A stretch of DNA of 64,000 nucleotides. It comes from an uncultured Chloroflexia bacterium (lineage in GTDB: Bacteria; Chloroflexota; Anaerolineae; Anaerolineales; UBA11579). The stretch lies in contig CAVROH010000013.1 of the NCBI GenBank assembly GCA_963722735.1, positions 2,942 through 66,941 of the forward strand, given 5' to 3'. The stretch's first letter is position 1; every line of letters begins with the position of its first letter. Below the pieces are notes generated by a model. The model did not search any database and had not been told where the DNA came from. It saw nothing but the letters and a program-made list of their open reading frames with translations. A program made the translations under genes and the position numbers. Shown one piece after another: positions 60,244-64,000 of this stretch.

Positions 60244-61770
60244 ATGAAAGAGAACAAAGCTGTAAAGACCCTGCTGACGGTGCTCTTCTGGACCGGGCTG
60301 ACCCTGGTGGTGGTGCTCCTGGTGGGAGGTTTTGGCCCGCTGTACACCGGTAACCAGACCACAAAGCTGCTTCCTGGGATGGCCAAGGCCGGGTTTGGCT
60401 ACCTGTCGGATGACTGGATGGCAAATGCCAGGGATCCGCTGCCGATATTCAGTTGGCTGGTGCAAGTCACTTACATGTATCTTGGCGAGTGGGCCTTCTT
60501 GCTCTTCCAGTTTATCCTGATCGAGATCTATCTCTACAGCCTGGTCCATATCGCCGACCATTTCTTCCAGATCAAACGCAACAACCTGGTGTATTTCCTG
60601 TTCCTTTCGATCTTCCTGCTAACTTTCTCGGCGGTCTGGCTGGGAACCGTCTCCGGTGTGCTCCAGCACGGCGTTGCCGGGCAGGACTTTGGTTTCGGGC
60701 AGTTACTGCCTAATGGGTTTGCCGCTTTCCTTTTCCTGGGGATACTGCTGTTCCTGAAGGAGAAGCCTTATTGGGGGGCAACGGCGGTCGCCGTGGCGGG
60801 CAATTTCCATACCGGATACCTGATCAGTGCGGCGGCAATCGTGGCGGCATTCCTGCTGGTGGACCTGTGGGAAAAGCGCGATCTGAAGCAGATGCTGAAG
60901 ATTGGCGGATTGGCTGCGGTGCTGGTGCTGCCGATCGTGGTGTACTATTACACCGCCAATTTGGGGGCGACCGGGGCTGAAACCGCGGAGGCGATCAAAA
61001 TCTTGGTCAATACCCGCATTCCGCACCACGCGCTGGTAACCGTATGGTGGAATGACTGGGTGGTTGTGAAGACACTCCTGGTGTTGGGGGCATTGCTTGT
61101 AACCCGGCGGACAAAGATATTCCCCTTCTTTTTGGTGAGTTTCCTGATCGCCACTGTCCCGTCAGTGCTCCTGGCGGTGCATCCCAGCAATACGATCGCC
61201 ATGCTCCAGCTCTGGCGGGTGAGCGTTGTCACCGTGCCGCTGGCGACGGTGATCCTAGTGGGGGCGCTGGCTTCAAGCCTCTATCAGGCTGAAGAAGCAG
61301 CGATTGAAAAATGGCGCTGGGTGTGGGGGACGACGCTGGCTGTCATCCTGCTTGCTGGTGTTGGACTAGGGTTGCGAGATCAAATCCAGTGCACCGAGAT
61401 GTGGTATCTGACACCAGCCGAGGCAGACCTGGTCACCTATGTGCAAGAGAATGGTGGGCCGGGTGAGATGTACATGCTCCCTACAACAGAGCTTTATTCT
61501 TTTCGCTTGCTGACCGGGCAGCCAATAGTGGTTAATTTCAAGGACCACCCGTATTCCTCAGTGGAGGTTCTTGAATGGCACAAGCGCATTGTGCGGCTGA
61601 ATGTGTTTTATGGGGCCAGTGATGAGAAGCGCTGTGATCTTCTCTTCCCGCTGGTAGAAGATTACCGGGTCACCCACGTGGTCATGCTGAGATCCCGTCC
61701 GCTGGACTGCGTGGCCGTGGAGAAGGTGTACACGAATGACGGGTACTGGGTGTATCAGATTGCGCCGTAG
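60244..61770 (+). CDS. Polytopic membrane protein (DUF6798-like; possible GT-C)
   Basis: GVAGQ, RIPHHA, FRLLTGQPIVVNFKDHP..EVLEWHKRI; about 12 TM segments plus a soluble C-terminus. Confidence 0.7.
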   Translation: MKENKAVKTLLTVLFWTGLTLVVVLLVGGFGPLYTGNQTTKLLPGMAKAGFGYLSDDWMANARDPLPIFSWLVQVTYMYLGEWAFLLFQFILIEIYLYSLVHIADHFFQIKRNNLVYFLFLSIFLLTFSAVWLGTVSGVLQHGVAGQDFGFGQLLPNGFAAFLFLGILLFLKEKPYWGATAVAVAGNFHTGYLISAAAIVAAFLLVDLWEKRDLKQMLKIGGLAAVLVLPIVVYYYTANLGATGAETAEAIKILVNTRIPHHALVTVWWNDWVVVKTLLVLGALLVTRRTKIFPFFLVSFLIATVPSVLLAVHPSNTIAMLQLWRVSVVTVPLATVILVGALASSLYQAEEAAIEKWRWVWGTTLAVILLAGVGLGLRDQIQCTEMWYLTPAEADLVTYVQENGGPGEMYMLPTTELYSFRLLTGQPIVVNFKDHPYSSVEVLEWHKRIVRLNVFYGASDEKRCDLLFPLVEDYRVTHVVMLRSRPLDCVAVEKVYTNDGYWVYQIAP

Positions 61771-61789
61771 TACCGCAAATTAATAGTCA

Positions 61790-61818
61790 AGAGCCGCACT
61801 TTGAAGTGCGGCTCTTTT
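61790..61818. terminator. Bidirectional terminator
   Basis: AAGAGCCGCACTT-tg-AAGTGCGGCTCTTTT. Confidence 0.8.
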
Positions 61819-61832
61819 GGTATCAGACGGTG

Positions 61833-62287
61833 TTACTTCTTGATCGGGATGTACACGTATAGGATCGAGTCGGGCTGCGAGGGGTCGAAGGCTTCGTCGT
61901 AGAATTCATAGTCGGGGCCGTCGGCGCGCTTGTAGCCGTTCTTCGGCATCCAGGTGCCGTGGGCGAACTCATAGGTCTGGTGGATCTCTGCCAGGGTGCA
62001 GGGGAAGACAGCGTAGGTGTTCTCCGGGACATCCCAGATTTCCATGTCGGCGGGCAGGTCTTCTGCCTTCTCTACCTCGATCCCTGCCAGGTAGGAGAAG
62101 CTGCCGTCCTCTTCCATATCGCCGCAGATGCCGAAGGCACGTTCACCGGCTTAGCAGGGTGCTTGATCTCGTCCCAGCGGGGATTGATCTTCCCCCACAT
62201 GGCTTTGATCTCCTGGTTCTCGTTCTTGCCTTTGTACATCATCCCGGCGGCAGTGAAGGCGGGGATAGTTTTGATTTCAACATTCAT
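61833..62287 (-). CDS. GyrI-like small-molecule-binding protein
   Basis: FSYLAGIEV, YAVFPC, WMPKNGY, GPDYEFY and VYIPI; one frameshift. Confidence 0.85.
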
Positions 62288-62699
62288 TTGATCTGACTCC
62301 TTGTCTTTGGTACTGGTTCTGATTCGGTTGGCTGCACGCTGGTGATCTGCTCCAGGCCACCGCCGTTCTCCAACTGGTTGAGACGGTCTTCGATCAGGGC
62401 CAGTTGGGCAATGTTGGCTTCGATCTCCTGCTCAAGTTCAGTCTGCTTGAGATGCAGCATGGCTTTGAGCTGGGGGAGGGTGATCTCCTCAAGGAGGATG
62501 GTCTGGACCTGCTCCAGAGAGAAGCCCAGTTCCTTGAGAGCCAGGATGCGGTTGAGCTCTCCACCTGGGAGCGGTGATAGAATCTGTATCCTGTGAAGCG
62601 GTCCTTCCAGGTGGGTTTGAGCAGCCCCATCTGGTCGTAGTAGCGCAGTGTTTTGACGGATACTTTGGCAGCCTGTGCGAATTCGCCGATCTTGAGCAT
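62284..62699 (-). CDS. MerR-family regulator
   Basis: MLKIGEFAQAAKVSVKTLRYYDQMGLLKP..DRFTGYRFY and LKELGFSLEQV. Confidence 0.92.
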
Positions 62700-62759
62700 A
62701 TCTCACCTGTGCGGTTCACTTCTGGCCGGAAGTTTGGTTGATGCTTAAGCATCACACAC

Positions 62760-62790
62760 ATTGTAACCCCTCCAGTAGGGGGAGAGTCAA
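62760..62790 (-). promoter_or_regulatory. MerR-type promoter with 19-bp spacer
   Basis: TTGACT-CTCCCCCTACTGGAGGGGT-TACAAT with an imperfect dyad in the spacer. Confidence 0.8.
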
Positions 62791-62945
62791 GGGATTCATA
62801 GAAAACTTGTTCTTGATTTCTGACAGCCTGAGGAAATTAATAATGTTCATTAAAAATATTATAAGTGACTTGAAAAATATCAAGAGGAACATTAAACTAT
62901 TGACATTCCTTTTGAAAGATATTTTATAAATGAAAGGCTAACATC

Positions 62946-64000
62946 ATGCAGCAGGAAAATACCAAGCTCGGGGGGATGAAAGGTTTCATTGTGGTCTGGC
63001 TGGGGCAGATCGTTTCGGTGCTGGCATCCGGGATGACCCAATTTGCGCTGACACTGTGGATCTACGACCAGACCAAGAGCGCTATGGCGTTCGCCGGGAT
63101 GCAGGTGGCATTTATCCTGCCTTTCCTACTGATGTCGCCGGTGGCAGGGGTATGGGTGGACCGCTACAACCGCAAGCTGATGATGATGGTCAGCGACCTG
63201 GGTGCGGCGGTGGGTACGGTATTGATCCTGGTTTTCAATTCCATGGGCGTGCTGGAATTCTGGCATTTGTATGTGGTCAGCGCGTTGATCGGGATCGGAA
63301 ACACTTTCCAGTGGCCGGCATATTCGGCGGCGATCAGCACGATGGTACCCAAGGAGCAATACGGCCGAGCCAACGGGCTGATGTCGGTGATGGAAGCCGG
63401 GCCGGCGGTGCTGGCGCCTTTACTGGCCGGAGCATTGCTGCCGATCATCGGTTTCAACTGGATCCTGGCAATCGATCTGATCACCTTTAGCTTTGCGATT
63501 GGCGCCCTGCTGGTCGTGCATATCCCAGCTCCGGCGAAAACCGTGGAGGGGCAGAAGAAGAGCGGCAGCGTGTGGTCGGAGGCCTGGTACGGCTTCCAAT
63601 ACATCTTTGAACGCCCCAGTTTGTTGGGTTTGCAGTTGATCTTCCTGTTCGGTAACCTATTCAGCGGGATGGCATTTACGCTGATGGCCCCGATGATCCT
63701 GGCGCGCACCAATTCGAATGAGATCCTTTTTGGCACGATCCAATCGATCATGGCGGTCGGCGGTCTGACTGGGGGGATCATCATGAGTGCCTGGGGCGGG
63801 TTCAAGCGCCGGGTGCACGGTGTGCTGATGGGGTGGATCATCATCAGTCTGTTCGGGATGACCTTGATGGGAATCGGACGCGGCCTGGTCGTCTGGATCG
63901 TGGCTGCGGTGTTCGTGACGATTCCGAATGCGCTGATCAATGCCTCCAACCAGGCGATCTGGCAGGCCAAGGTAGCCCCAGACCTGCAGGGACGGGTGTT
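62946..64000 (+). CDS. MFS transporter (DHA3/macrolide-efflux-like), truncated by window end
   Basis: FIVVWLGQIVSVLASGMTQFAL, AGVWVDRYNRK, FQWPAYSAAISTMVP and QAKVAPDLQGRV in a frame absent from the ORF track. Confidence 0.88.
   Translation, partial: MQQENTKLGGMKGFIVVWLGQIVSVLASGMTQFALTLWIYDQTKSAMAFAGMQVAFILPFLLMSPVAGVWVDRYNRKLMMMVSDLGAAVGTVLILVFNSMGVLEFWHLYVVSALIGIGNTFQWPAYSAAISTMVPKEQYGRANGLMSVMEAGPAVLAPLLAGALLPIIGFNWILAIDLITFSFAIGALLVVHIPAPAKTVEGQKKSGSVWSEAWYGFQYIFERPSLLGLQLIFLFGNLFSGMAFTLMAPMILARTNSNEILFGTIQSIMAVGGLTGGIIMSAWGGFKRRVHGVLMGWIIISLFGMTLMGIGRGLVVWIVAAVFVTIPNALINASNQAIWQAKVAPDLQGRV

Overview
GC-rich bacterial chromosome segment, most likely Chloroflexota (Anaerolineae-like). 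This is inferred from the DUF2298/Chlor_Arch_YYY membrane proteins, an NBR1-Ig lipoprotein and the beta' insert architecture. Almost every long gene, including essential ones (rpoC, folC, cmk), is broken by single-base indels. That pattern points to uncorrected long-read errors, so genes were reassembled across frames and many ends are approximate. Content, left to right: GbsR-like regulator, Ser/Thr kinase, aminotransferase/metalloenzyme/methyltransferase, TetR-ABC exporter, MFS, sulfatase-like locus, acyl-CoA dehydrogenase-etfBA, a ~12 kb GT-C/DUF2298 glycosylation cluster, cmk-plsC, a sensor kinase, a stand-alone rpoC, a ParC-like topoisomerase A subunit, CotH-DUF4956-VTC, phnDCE, folC, lon, tRNA-Ser(CGA), SDR, MerR/GyrI and an MFS. 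Most notable: (1) a 513-bp AT-rich GxxExxY nuclease cassette bounded by 34-bp, 10-bp-periodic inverted repeats, with a solo repeat copy 10 kb away; (2) a hidden deiodinase-like selenoprotein (in-frame UGA plus SECIS-like hairpin); (3) a CotH kinase-DUF4956-VTC polyphosphate polymerase operon directly downstream of a phosphate/phosphonate ABC importer.
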